Of a stretch of 64,000 nucleotides of DNA, positions 23,886 through 37,579 are shown in pieces. The position numbers and the translations under genes are program-made. Within the stretch, counting starts at the first letter, position 1, and each line of letters begins with the position of its first letter. The DNA is from Schmidtea polychroa (lineage: Eukaryota), in NCBI GenBank assembly GCA_044892525.1, contig CM097885.1:12402001-12466000 (forward strand), read 5' to 3'. The notes below the pieces were generated by a model, which ran no database searches, was not told where the DNA came from, and saw only the letters and a program-made list of their open reading frames with translations.

Positions 23886-26284
23886 ACCATTACATATTCA
23901 TTTATCAGTATATTCTCAAAAAGTTCCCCTTCTAAAGCCGCTATCATTCCCTCGGTTTATCCATTCACTAATCAACGTAATAACAATTAACATTTAATAA
24001 TTCATTGACATAAATATTATCAAGAGCCTGCATAACCAATCCTCAACCAATTGCTGGCCCATCATTCAACCATTCAACCAAACAAGGACACATTATCAAG
24101 GAGAAGACTTATTTATTTTCATAAAATTAGCTTATCTTACTTATCCTATTGTCAAACCTTGAATTTACTGAAATCCGGATGTAACGATATTCATACATTA
24201 TTCTTTTGTTCTGGGCGTATCCAACCATTTTTAGCAAAGAACATTCCGTCTATCTTCGAAATAGAGTAATTTTGTCGAAACCAATTAATTACGATTTGCT
24301 ACTTCGTATGATTTATAATTTCCTAATAAATTCCTATATGCACTGCTAGCAATTTCCTCGAAACAGATTATTAATTCCATACACACGATAATTGATTTTT
24401 GATTACGCCTAAGATTTATTTGCAAACCACAGCCTGTAACACAATATCATGATTTTATAGGAGTCAATAATGCACAATTCGATCAAGCTCCAATCACGAG
24501 CACTCGATGTATAGAAGCGTGTCAATTAAAATCATTGTCAAGATGCGCACCAACCGAAATATATTTGTAAAAACTTATAGTTGCAAGTGTCTTGTCTTAC
24601 CAGTGTATCTACATGCTCTTCGGGTGTACGATTTCACCCGCCCTTCGTCTTTACTATCATCATAATTTGTAAATAATCACACCGACCGGTAACCGATCAC
24701 AATCGAATGGGTACTGATTTGGGTTTTTATAATATAGACCTTAGTTTACCTATAATAAATGTGCGTATGAATTAGCAATGTGAGATTAAATTGGCAATTA
24801 TATTATACAACAATAGGAAACAAAATCGATGTTAATAATATATATATTATAAACAAGCACACACAAACACGGCTCGCAAGACACATGCAACAGGATATTG
24901 ATCCAACAAGGGTATTTAATCAGCTGAAATTTTCCAATTTAAAATTAACAACAAAAATTGTACGAGGATGTTTGTAACCTCATCAGAATCGACTATTTCG
25001 TTTCGAGAATTTCGTAGCCAAATGTGTAAGCTTTTCATTTAAACTTGAGACATTTTATAAAATCCATATGGAATGGCCATTGCTGACAACGAAAGAATCA
25101 TCAAATCCATGGCGGATGGCCATAATTATCACGAATCAGGCCACATTCTCGGAATCCAACGGAATACAATAATCGGCACCATAAATAAAATTTACTAACA
25201 TTTTTAGAATAGAAATTCCACTACAGTTGTTTAGGACGCTTGTGATATTTTATTACAGACAAGGCAGACCAACATATAGAGTCAAGTCAATAACACTAAG
25301 ACGCATAAATCAACACTACTTATACAACACACGAATTTATAATGGAATATTTCACGCATATATAAAAAAAAATTTTGAAATTACCACTATCCTGAGATTA
25401 ATAACACCAAATAAAATTGATGGTTCTGACCAGTGGACATGATTTATTAATACATTGATTATCCCATTACCGACTAACAATAATTATTTAAGTGCATATA
25501 AATTTATATACAAGTACAAAATGCTATAGTAACATAATTAATAATCATTTCCATACCTGCAAATTTGACAATTTTCTGTTTTATTTTAACCAATTAAATC
25601 AAAAATAGAAAGCCATACATAATTTTATTAAAAACTGAATTTTAAAATACTTATAAAACATACTTGATTTAATTAGTAAAGTCCATAAAATCAATAAAAA
25701 TATATATAACCATTCCACCTATACTGTACTGAAAAATCGCTCAAAGTTTTATTCGACATCGACAAAAACAACGAAACGAACCGAGAGAAAATCACCATGA
25801 ATCGAAGAACTAATCAAATTTCCAGCATCATTTTCAAAAGTAAATATTCGAATCATTATTCCAATTGATAGACATATTAACATCAATAAAAACAAATTCC
25901 ATTTTCGTTTTGTAAATCTCATAAAATTTCAATTTCATCTGAACACTACAGCAAAAATCCAAATCCACAAGAAATGAAACCTAAAATCAAGAAATAAATA
26001 ATTGTTACACATCGCGTTTCTGATTGGCTGACTTTCATAAACGTAAATCATCCATACCTGTACATTGCATCCAAATCTCGCACCAACTTTCGAGCACACA
26101 TCACAACTGACACTCTCAAATCATTAGCGTTCACAACGCCATCTCCACTCAACCATAAAACGTTTAAGTACCGTACCCACGTCAATCATTCTCCACTCAC
26201 CCTCACCACCGATACACAATTTCCATACAATACACCTAACCGCGAAAGTTAACATTGTCTATAATATAAGTTGGTGTGCACACC

Positions 26285-27215
26285 ACCTGAGGTGAGTCAC
26301 CAATTATATGACAATGTTAACTTAATTTCATTTATTCAATTTTCCAAAAATCGTTTAAAGGTAAGTTTTTGCATTGAAGTAATTTTTAGGACTTGAATTT
26401 TGATTTTATATAATTATGAGATCATTATTCAAGTTCTTAAATATTACTGTTAGTCAGCATTTATAATATTGATAATATATAACATTGATAATTAAATTTC
26501 AGGTGTTTTTTAGGAATTTTATGGTATTTTATTTGGATTTATTTAGATTTATTTGGATTTATTTCGTAAAAATGTAAGTTAGATATTTTTATAATTATAA
26601 ATATGTAAAGTAATCACTAAACATTTATTTTTTAAAGACATTTAGTAAAGAATGGATAAAATATTTTTTAAGTTTTTGTAATCTTCTTTCGAATTTTGTC
26701 TATTTCTGTAATTCTATGAAAATATTAATTTGTTAAAATAATTTATTAAAATTTACGATTTGCGATATTTTTCCTGCAAATTCAAAGATGTCGAAGGATC
26801 TTCTTCAATATCTGTAAATCTAAAGAAATTTTATATTCTAAATTATTTTATAATTAAATCTTACGATGTATTTACTTCTTTTTCCCTAAAGCTCAACGTA
26901 GAGCAGTCGGAATCTGATTCAAAAGTTTTTTTGTACATAATTTTTTTAATAATTTTAAAATATTGATATGTTAATTATATGTTAATCAATCTGAATTTCG
27001 CATGAAAAACACTTTACTTAATTTTGTATGTATTTTTCATTATGTGTGCTGTGCTTGTATGCTTAATTATTTTCTCTCACTTTTTAGATTCCTATAATAA
27101 ATATGTTAAATTTCGCGGTATTAAATTTCTACACACAGGTAAGTTTGTGTGTTCCTATAATATATATTTATTGATTTTTTTTTAGATTATAGATAATGTT
27201 ATATTTCGCGGTTAG
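26285..27215 (+). repeat. Dispersed intron-containing repeat family copy inside the LTR element
   Basis: Shares GACTTGAATTTTGAT...GAGATCATTATTCAAGTTCTTAAATATTACT and downstream blocks with 32906, 41590 and 52555. Confidence 0.7.
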
Positions 27216-27988
27216 GTGTATTGCTCAAATGCGCGTCTGAACACGCCCTTGAGTTGAATTGCGCGTTGCGCATCACTGCGTTTCCTCGTTGAAACCAGTT
27301 CAGAAAAAGTTAAAACTATGAAAATGGGTAAAATCTTGTCTGAACATGTCGGTGTCTCCAAAGTTGGTTATAATACCATGAAGCATGTGTAGACTTGTCA
27401 GATAGAATGCTTTGAATAATAGATCGGTAAATAGATCAAAAAGTTTTCGGAAAAACTGAATAGTTGAAAAGTAGTACAAATTGTATATTCCATTATCGTT
27501 TTGGGAGAAAAATTTTATCCGATGAATAGTATTATTGTAATCTGGCTCTATAATTGTGTAGTTAATGATTAATTCATTTTATGTGCAATAGTATTGATAA
27601 CGTTAAATGAACACTATGGCCAGATTATTCAATTTGTATTTATTTGTTCGCACAGATGTTGGATGAATAAATATTTTTAAATAACTATTGCAGACCGAGT
27701 AGTGATTATTATTATTATCATTATTATATGAATGTTGATTATAATAAGTTTAAATCAAATAAATATAAAGAAATAATAAAGATAGCGGCAATTTGTAAAT
27801 CATAACAAATTTTTCTTAAAACTGGTAAAATTTACTATTAATTTTTTAGAAAATGATTATTATTATATTTTATTTTCATTTGTTGGAATCTTATTAATTT
27901 CAAATTAATATTGTCATTGCATTACATTTTGCTTCAAATTCGTGTTCATTCTCCTATTCATTGTGTACGTTTTGTATTTTCAAGTAGA

Positions 27989-28006
27989 ATCCCGGCTGAG
28001 CCCCCA
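27989..28006 (-). promoter_or_regulatory. Primer-binding site, tRNA-Pro type
   Basis: Minus strand TGGGGGCTCAGCCGGGAT, 16/18 identical to the canonical tRNA-Pro PBS TGGGGGCTCGTCCGGGAT, starting 7 nt after the 5' LTR. Confidence 0.85.
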
Positions 28007-28013
28007 AAAATCA

Positions 28014-29556
28014 TGTTGGTTACTTAGGGGTGTATCATTTTTACATTTTAAAATGCGTTAGGGGTAATCATAATCGTTCGACTCTTTCCTAAGCACCTCC
28101 ATGACTATTAAAATTTAAACCATTTGTGTACCCATGGTGACGACCATGTTGGTACTGTACACAAAGGCGAAAAAAACAATGAGCAGGTGAGCTCTATTAC
28201 TAAAACTACTCCCCATTGTATTTTCTTTTCGGGTTCTAGACTGCCGATAGAAGGTCTTACGTCATTATTCACTGTGTATGCTAGTTTTGAATCGTTGTTG
28301 GTCCTCAATTACGGGTATTTCTAATTGTTCTCTTATAAAATTTTGTGCAGGGATCCGCCCTTATTTTCCAGCTAATAATTATTGTTCTACACTTCCTACA
28401 ATATCTAAATTATCCTTTGAAAAATTTGAGCAGGGATTGGCCCTTATTTTCAAGTTAATCCACGCTTCCCATAATATTTACGTTATACTTCAAAAAATTT
28501 GAGCAGGGATCTGCCTGTATTCTCAGTCCTAACCTACATTTGACCACAGTACTTCCAGCGATAGGACCCGTGAGGAAGCCCCCACATTCCGGCCCAATCC
28601 AGCTGCGCGATTGAAAAACCAGCATACCCACCAGTCTGAGCATCCCGAAGGTACCTCAAACCATGATATGCTGAATCTCAATTCAGCGGTACTAACGTTC
28701 GTAATCAGTTAGTATAAAAATTGAACACAATAAAAATTATTATTTAATATCTGCAACTAAATGAAATTAAACAATTAAAAGAAAATAACAAAAGAAAATT
28801 TAACTAAAAATTTTATTGCATATTAAATTTAATCATCTCATAAAATTACTACAACAATAAAAAATAAATTACCAAATCCACGTGGGCATAAAATCGAAAA
28901 CTGAGAGCTTCACTGGCTACAACTAAATTTTGATGTTAGAGAAAAAGTAGTCTTAAATGAATTTGTGATCAGTATTTATACTGATTTTTCATGCATTTGC
29001 TGCCACTCTATCCAATCAGAGTGCGAGAAATTTTTAATTAGTCTTGCATACCTGCATGAGTGTGTGCAATTGTTTATTTGTTTTAATTCAATAAATTTAA
29101 TTAATTTCTTATTTAATTTTTATTAATTTTAATTTTATAAATTTTATAATTTAAATAATTTGAGTTATATTAATTTTTATTAATTTAAACATTTTTATTC
29201 TTTAAATTTAATAAGTTAAATAACCATTTAATTCTATAAACTTTACAATTTATATAATGCTAACTAATTTTATTATTTTTGACGATTTAATTTTTATATT
29301 GTTTAAATAATTTTCAACTAATTCTATTTTATATTTTATTATTTTTCTATTTAAATTTTTAAGTGTTGAATTTTTTGTTAAATTTATTTATCTCTTATTC
29401 TATTATACGGGGTTTATTGGTTCTTAATGTGTGATGTAATTTATTTCATTTATTTTAAATTAAACCTTGGTCATAAATTTTTCAACTTTGCGGTTTTTGT
29501 GTTAGGTATTTTCGATCGATTAAAACAAACTCTCAGTTCTCGGCTTCAGCCCAACA
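28014..29556 (-). repeat. 5' LTR (1543 bp)
   Basis: Direct repeat of 13776-15318, adjacent to the PBS and followed by TSD GATT. Confidence 0.95.
28973..29016 (-). promoter_or_regulatory. Putative LTR promoter: CCAAT box plus TATA box (copy at 14735-14778)
   Basis: Minus strand CTGATTGG ... TATAAATA, oriented toward the PBS. The TATA lies within the palindrome ATCAGTA-TTTA-TACTGAT. Confidence 0.55.
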
Positions 29557-30019
29557 GATTCAACGAATTAATGTAATCCTGATGATGATGGTGATTCGGG
29601 GCTAAGTCCCAGTTCTTAATTTTAGATAGGTTCAAGTCAAGTGCCTTATAACTCTGCAGGACTATTTGTAATTTATATCTCAACGATCTCAATCCATCTT
29701 TAGTGTATATGACCATATAAAGTTTACATTTTACAATCCAGATACCTATGTCATTTACATATCCTATTTAATATAAATATGGATGTCTAATTAATAATAA
29801 TCTATACTTTTATGGTTGAAATTCATATGCCATCATCCCCAGTTCATAATTTAGAATTAATCGATAGAAGCATATCTACACGCATACATATACATAGCTA
29901 CATATTTTATATATACTATTTATAAATTTTATTTTCACCATCCCAAATTTTTATATAATCATTATAGTTTATAGTTTTGTAGTTAGAATTAACTTACCCT
30001 CACTTATAATTCGTCTCGT

Positions 30020-31220
30020 TATGACGGAAATACATATCTAATTTATATATACTATTTATAGTTTATACATAATTATTGGTACTTTATAGTTTTAACTCAA
30101 AATACGGTTATAATTTATATTTTAGGTCATAATTTATATTTTCATAATCCACTTATAGGTATAACCACTTATAGTTTCAAATTTTACGGTCGTAATACAT
30201 TTATAATTTATATCTTATATTTATAATTTATGTTTTTATAACTGGGAATTATATATCCCCATTTATACTTTATACTTTAAAGCCATAATTTACAATTTAT
30301 ATATTATATTTATAATTTATATTTTTATACTCAAATTTTAGATATAACTGTTTATACTTTATAATTTCAAAATCTTCATATACTTATAATCTTTCGTCTG
30401 GTATTTATAATTTAGATTTTTACAACTATGAATCATACATCACTGTTTATACTTTATATTTTTGGAGTCATCATCCATTTATAATTTGTATATTATGTTT
30501 ATAATTTATATTTTGTAATCAGGATTTATATATATATAACTATTTGTACTTGATATATTTAAATTATAATACATTCATAATTCCCATTTTATGTTTATGA
30601 TTTATATTTTATTGTCAAATTTTAAATATATATTTATACTTTCTAATTTTAACGTCAACAATGCATTTATAATTTATAATTTGTATTTATAATTTATATT
30701 TCTATGATCCAATTTTAGGTATAACTATTTATTTTTAAAGTCTAAATACATTTATAATTTATATACTGTGGTTATAGCTTATATTTTTATGATCAAATTT
30801 GAGGTATAACTATTTGTACGTTATATTTTTAAAGTCAAAATGCATTCGTAATTTATATTTTATATTTATAATTTATCTTTTTATAACCAAATTTTAGATA
30901 TAGCTATTTATACTTTATATCCACCAAGTCGAAAATACATTTATAATTTATATTTATATTTATAAGTTATATTTTATAATCAAATTTTAAATATAACCAT
31001 TTATGCTTTATATTTTTAACGTCAAAATGCATCTACAATATATTTCACCTTTATAATTTAGATTTGCATAATCCAATTTTTGCTGGAACTATTTATACTC
31101 GATACTCTTGAAATCAAAATACATTTATATGATGTCGGTAATTTATACTTTCATAATCAAGACTTAGATATAATTATTTATCCTTTACATTCCTAAAGAC
31201 AAAATACATTTATAATTTAG
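30020..31220. repeat. Degenerate AT-rich minisatellite, ~93-bp unit, ~13 copies
   Basis: CATTTATAATTTATA-like anchors recur near 30198, 30478, 30664, 30749, 30843, 30938, 31031, 31122 and 31207. Confidence 0.75.
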
Positions 31221-32792
31221 GGTTTATAATTGGGGAAGGTTAAATTTAGGTTACTCATTTACATGTTAGATTTATTGGTTACATAATTAGTTAGCTGGCC
31301 TACCCAAGTTATAGACTAAGTCCTACCTATGCGCATGCCGATTATCTTTATGAATATCAGTTCAATTACTTTAAACACGAAGAAAATTTTATTCACATTG
31401 TTACAGAAGTCTAAATTCGGCCAACGCATAAGTATAACTGAGCCCTTTTTAATGATATTCAACTGGCTATAATACTAGATAGTAAAATGATGTTTAGTTT
31501 AGGTCTGAGTTCTACTCAATTATGACCTTAGTGTAAAACTATTGTACGAGATTTTTAATGTTGAGTTTAATTGTGTACTGCATTCGAACTCGGGAAGAAT
31601 GCTTGCTTACACGGCCCCACTGTGACCGCTACGACAAGCCCTACTATAATATTGAGTCGAAACATCACTGTCGACCGATAAATAAATAGTTGGAGCCATA
31701 GCGGAGGAGTTTTATCGACACAACTCCATGGCAGAACCATGAAGTGGCCGACCTCCGATGACCGAACAAAAAAAATATATAAATGATAGTGCATATCTGC
31801 ATGTTTCATTTTAGAAAAATTCATTACCATCAAATGTATGACTAAATAGAGACGCACTAAGACGTCGCTGATCAGTCGTATTTAAAAAAAAATAGATCTT
31901 AAGGATATTCTAATTAAAAAGGGTTTAAATTGAAATAATTACATACGTGATTAATCATAGATAAAACATATATCAATCAAAAATACCTACTATTAATTTT
32001 TCGGCAAAATTTTCGTCAACAAAAAATATTGGCATAAAAGTGATTGATTGTGACTGAAACGTGTCAGTATATATACCTATTTTGTACACGTGTATGTATT
32101 GATGCATTAAAACAAACTCGAATTCTTTTTATTCCAGAATTTTCTATTTCGCGATTTTGATATTTTTAATGGCAATTTTTGTGCCATAATTTTTGTTTTT
32201 ATTATTAAATTTTTATTTTTTAATTATTTTTCGTTAATTTCACGTCCATGATGGATTTGGAACGGCTCCAGAACATTCTATATTACTTTTAATTTAATTT
32301 TTATTTTAACTGATGTTTTATGAATTTCTTTTTAAGATTTTTTTTTTATTTTTATTACTAATTTATTTATTTTTCTAAATTTTATTGTTTTAAGGTAGCT
32401 TTTATGATGGTCATCGCCATTTTATAGAATGTTCTGGGTTTTTCTGGAATTTTTTACTGTTTTTTCCATCTTTTAAGTTATTCGAGTTTGTTTTTTGTAA
32501 CTCTATGTTTATTTGGTTATTTTTGAGTTAGATTTTGCATAACTTCTTGCTTTTGTATAATTTTATTTAATTTCTGTGTTTATATTTTTTTGTTGTTTCT
32601 CCTTTAATCATTATTGTTTATTTGGTGTAATTTTAATATTTAACTATGCTTTTTGCTTTTTGCATGTTGTGTACCTACACATTTCAGTCACAATTATAAG
32701 TTGGGGTCTAGAAATCATTTCTAGCCCAACATATACAAGCATTCCCGCATCATTCAATAAATATCAATAGATATATCATCTTAGAATTATAT

Positions 32793-33470
32793 TGTTGATT
32801 AAAAGTAATATTTAAGAACTTGAATAATGATCTCATATCTCATGGATCAAAATTCAAGTCTTAAAATTTACTTTAAATAAAAAATATTACTTGAAAGCCA
32901 TTTATAAGACTTGAATTTTGATCCATATGATATCATTCTAGAAATTCAAGCTCTTAAATATTAATTTTTATCAACAATTTTTATTATAGATTATATATAA
33001 TTAAATTTCAGGGTATTTTTAGGATTTTTATGAAATTATTTGGAATAATTTCGATATAATGTAAGTCAGATATATTTTTAACTATAAATAAATAAAGTAA
33101 TCTCCAAACACAAATCTCATTTTTTCCAAAGATGCAAAGAATTTTGTCATGTTCTATTAAAAAACTAACATTAAATTTATTAAAAATTGAAGATAAATCT
33201 TGTGAAATTATGTCTTTATTATCTATACAACTCAAAGTTGAGTTTTGGGAATTTTCGTCAAATTTTTTCGGTCATTTTGTTCCAAAATTTTCTAAGGATG
33301 TCAATGATTTATTATGGTGCGTTTATTCATTACATATCGAAATTTTTAAATAGATTTTTTACTATGTGTTGTATTTGTGTGTGGCAGTTTATTTTTTCTA
33401 CGTCTTTCTCATTTTTTATTTTAAAAGGGTTTGTACCATTCGTGTGTGTCTCGATATGCCAATCTCTCTG
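32793..33470 (+). repeat. Dispersed repeat family copy preceded by an inverted partial copy
   Basis: 32793-32863 is the reverse complement of 32906-32978; the rest aligns with 26480-27090 and 41790-42170. Confidence 0.7.
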
Positions 33471-33771
33471 ATATTCTAGCATTCTATCCATCCAATCCTC
33501 ATGAATATTTCGAGTTCACTTCAATTATTCTCCTACAACCTATCCGTGATCGACTCATCGGAGGTCCTCCAATTCCGAATCCAATCAACGTAGTGAATGA
33601 AATACATCATCGAACCTTCTGCTAAAAAGACATTAATCCTCTTCACGCTCTTGATCAAGCTAAAATCTCATCAGTACTGCACAACTAAACGCTTCGAAAT
33701 TTAAAATTATGAAAAATGTAATAAAATCAAAATTCAATTAATTTAAAAAATAAAAATATTTGCAGTCAATA

Positions 33772-34722
33772 ATGAAAAAAATAATCAAATTATCCAAAGT
33801 ACTCATTAAAAAAGACGCCATTTCAGAAGTTGATATCCACCTAGAACGACGTCAGTTAATCTGGGCATGGAAGAAAGCTTTGTTTGGGAAATTATTTGTA
33901 TCGGTCATTCTATTTCTCCTTGCTCTCTCTCATGTGTTATTCCTACAAAAACTCACTGACAACTTTCAGAATTATTGTCCATTCTACATGCGACAAAAAA
34001 CTTTGGAAATGGAAGTAACAGAAAGCGCGCACAAAACATGCAAAGTTCAAAATATTGTCATATCTGCAGTTGCCTATTTGATGGTTCTGTTTGTTATTTT
34101 AATTTTGACCTGTGCAGGCCTTTTTGACAATATAACAAAACAATTGTTTTTCATTGATAAAAACCATATCAATGTGGCGGGGCTATTCGTGTCGACATAT
34201 ATTATTAATATTCAACAATCATGGGGATTCAAACTGTTACTTATTTACTATTATAACTTTTATTCAGTTCTTGCATTTCAATTGTTAATATCCTCCTGCA
34301 TGGTGGTCATGAATCTGAATTTTTGGCCTGGCCTTATTATATTTTGCCGGCTTATTCCGGGCAATTACACCGTCAACAAATTCCTAACAAGTGATGCTTA
34401 TCATCCATATGAAAACTTATTGGAACAAAAACTAATTATGGAATTCAAATCTTGTGAAGACCCTTTATTCAATCATACAGCATATTCTCTGGTCGCGGTG
34501 GCGGTCGTTTCTATTATTATGGCAATACAAATGATTTTTCAAGTCAAACTTGTTTATATGACTGATAGGTTCATTGAAAATTTCTCCAAACTGATTCATG
34601 GCTTTGACGGTAAAGCTAAATCTTTGCGTGACAAATATATTCGTCAAGCATTGGAAGATAAAGAATTTATAGAACAATGCAAAAACCTTCAGAAATTTAA
34701 TGCTCAAAATCCTTTTATTTGA
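33772..34722 (+). CDS. TMEM179-like four-pass membrane protein (316 aa, intronless)
   Basis: Long ORF in AT-rich DNA with about four hydrophobic segments and a Cys pattern FQNYCPFY ... TCK ... GLIIFC ... KSCED resembling TMEM179/179B. AATAAA downstream near 34830. Confidence 0.65.
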   Translation: MKKIIKLSKVLIKKDAISEVDIHLERRQLIWAWKKALFGKLFVSVILFLLALSHVLFLQKLTDNFQNYCPFYMRQKTLEMEVTESAHKTCKVQNIVISAVAYLMVLFVILILTCAGLFDNITKQLFFIDKNHINVAGLFVSTYIINIQQSWGFKLLLIYYYNFYSVLAFQLLISSCMVVMNLNFWPGLIIFCRLIPGNYTVNKFLTSDAYHPYENLLEQKLIMEFKSCEDPLFNHTAYSLVAVAVVSIIMAIQMIFQVKLVYMTDRFIENFSKLIHGFDGKAKSLRDKYIRQALEDKEFIEQCKNLQKFNAQNPFI

Positions 34723-36644
34723 CATCCTATGTAATAATGTATTTTATTATTTTGGAAAAGGAGTTTGCAATTTTACATTTGGTTAGACTATGAAATTATA
34801 AGTAGTAGTGAATTTTTTATATTTTTAAAAATAAATCTAGTAATGGAGAGGCATAATTGGAAGCCGATACTTCAAGGGTAGGAAATTTAGATTATTCGAT
34901 AATTTCAATGTAGAATCTTATCAAATATGCAATTGTGCACGTGAACCAAAATATAAAAGGAATTGGATACAATGAATGATATGTGCCGCGTCAGATTTCT
35001 GTTTGGAAAATAACATGAAACAGTGCTGTGCTTAAACAACCTGATATGATATCAAATAAAAACCTTCTCTGATCGAAAGAGAATTCACCTTCATTGAATC
35101 CAATTCAAGAGCCAGAAAAATTAACGAAATCATTGTAAATTGTGAACAAAATTTGAACATTTGAAAAATATCAAATGGCGTTCGAATAATAGGACAACAG
35201 TTGTAAAATCCAAAAATCAGAAATAATTAGAAGCTTCTTTTTTGAGAATTTCAATTTCGACAAAGCGTAGTAAATTATAGAACTCAAAATAACAAAAAAT
35301 TACAAAAAATATATTTATGGATATCTGAATAATAAATAATATGAAAAATAAATAAAGTTACACGGGTGAAAATCGTCATGACATACGCGACGATCTATGG
35401 GAACGCAGAGAAGAAAACGGAAGTCAAAAGAAGCAAGAGATGAGAAAGATGAATCAAACAAAAAAATGTCGTAATTAATTAACAAGTACAAAAGGAAAAA
35501 AAGCAAAGCATAACTCGACATCTTTCAGAGATAAGGTAGGGACAATGGGAAATGCGGGAAGGAGAAAAATGGAAAATCAAAATTATCGCAAATATCGCAG
35601 TTGTGACTATAAAAGGTATGCCGAGACAAGAGAGAGTAGAAGAGTTTAAAAGGGAGTTAAAAGAAGAGTTAACGAGTTAAATAAAGGCGTTCAGAGATCA
35701 AGGAGAAATTTCAGTTTGGTTTGAATTTAAAGTAGCTAAGAGATATTTGATTTGGAGGATAACGATAATCTTTGTAAACCTAATATAAAGGTGGAGGAGT
35801 GAGTAATTGTGGTCAAAGCAATAGAGCAATCGAGTAACATATTCCTGTGATTAAATCGATCGACGATTATAATTGTTATTGGCGAATTGTACACGGAGAG
35901 ATATTCTTCACGTAGTGACATAAAAAGCTCTGGATAATTGTCTATATAATATTTGATTGCCTGTAATTGCAACTCGTACAACTTATTGTGATTTTTAAGA
36001 AAGGTTATCTTGTCATAGACGTACTTGTTGAATTTATAACTTGAATTATATAAATATTTAATTTTTAACAAAAACGTTACTGAATTTTTATTTCATAACA
36101 AAAAACTACCCATGGGAAATCACCACACAGCCAAAAATAATAAGGGATTATGATTTTGACGCACTTGTCAACAGGATCATGTTTGGGGTAATGTAGAATC
36201 AAATTTCAGGATTAAGATATCACTTGCTCGGAATCCAAATGCTGAGAAAAATCCCTGCTCAAACTCTTGAAATTTTAAATGATTAACCACGGTCATTGAA
36301 AAAAATAGTTCTTATAATGTAATTATTTCGATTGAAAATCAAGAACCAAGAAAAAAATGTAATGAGTGGTTTCGGCAAAAAAACATTTTCTCATTAGTTC
36401 TCAACCACGTTGTACACCACAAGCCAGCTTGTATAAACTATAATCCATTGGCGTAGCCATTTGATATTCCGTGATCATTGACAAATCAAATCAACAAAAT
36501 GCTTCTGCAAGAAGGATGTAATATTTATAATTTAATAAGTTAATTTATTAACCAATGCCTCATATGAAATCCTTTTCCAATTATTAATAAAGTTTTGATA
36601 TAAAATTTTAAAGCCCTTTACACTTTTTCCTCGATAAAAAGACT

Positions 36645-36760
36645 TACGCCTTTGACGGTAAGTCTCTTCAATGTATGCGGTATTGCAACCATTACATGAA
36701 AACCAATACTTAGACACTAAAACCGATTGGAGTTTGAAATTTATTCCTAAACATATTTAA
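36645..36760 (-). mobile_element. Penelope-like GIY-YIG endonuclease fragment
   Basis: SKYWFSCNGCNTAYIEETYRQ matches the VYxFxCxxCxxxYIGETxR pattern. Confidence 0.6.
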
Positions 36761-37579
36761 TGATTATATACATTTTAAATACATTGAAATTATCCGAAGA
36801 TTTCATGACAAGTCATGACGAGCTAATGCATTTTTTTGGTAGATCTTTCCAGAAATAAAGATAATAGCCAAATCAATAAATCCAAACTTAATTAATAAAT
36901 AAAATGGGGAAAAAATCAGTGGGGAAATTTGGAAAAAAAGTTCTTTTAATTATATTTCATTATATTGATTTCACGAAACGATGTTTCTGAAAGAGGAAGA
37001 TTATAAATGGCCAAAGTGGAAAAACAAATGATTAGACAAAACGAAGTAAGGATGGGAGAAGAGTTCCTTACACATTACAATAGAAAATGAGAAAGAACCA
37101 TTTTGGGAAATAAGTTATTTATGTCTTGGAATTCTCGTTGAAGTTATAATCAACTGGATCACTCGAAACAAGAATATAATATAAATAATAATCGAATGCA
37201 GTACCTACCTTAAAATACTCTATAATATATTACGAATAGTCACTACCTAACTACGCTTCTACAAAATGCTAAAGTGTTTCGGGATAAATAGGGATACGTG
37301 TTCAGATTAGGCTTTAAATTTTACTGCACTTAGACTGGATTCGTTTAGAAATATGCGAAATTCACGAACAATCATTTCAATATTATTGGAAGATTATAAC
37401 TAAATTTTAAATAAACAACATCTTTGAATTCCAGATCGTTCAGATTTATAATGATTATTTCTGTTGCATTTTCTGAATTTCTCGTTTAAAAAAATAATTC
37501 CCTATCTTAGTAAAATAAAGAAAGTAGAAACATTTTGTATATGGAGATATTTGATTGATTTATTGCAAACATTATTTAT

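Larger units (their letters stand above)
13776..29556 (-). mobile_element. Young non-autonomous Gypsy/Ty3-like LTR retrotransposon, 15,781 bp, Gag only
   Basis: Two 1543-bp direct repeats offset by 14238 bp with TGTTGG...CCAACA ends, 4-bp TSD GATT (13772-13775 / 29557-29560), tRNA-Pro-like PBS and a minus-strand Gag ORF. No intact pol. Confidence 0.93.

Noticed and set aside
35468..35920. Possible solo LTR (TGTC...GACA with a TATAAAAG box)
   Set aside because: No matching TSD or second copy in the window.
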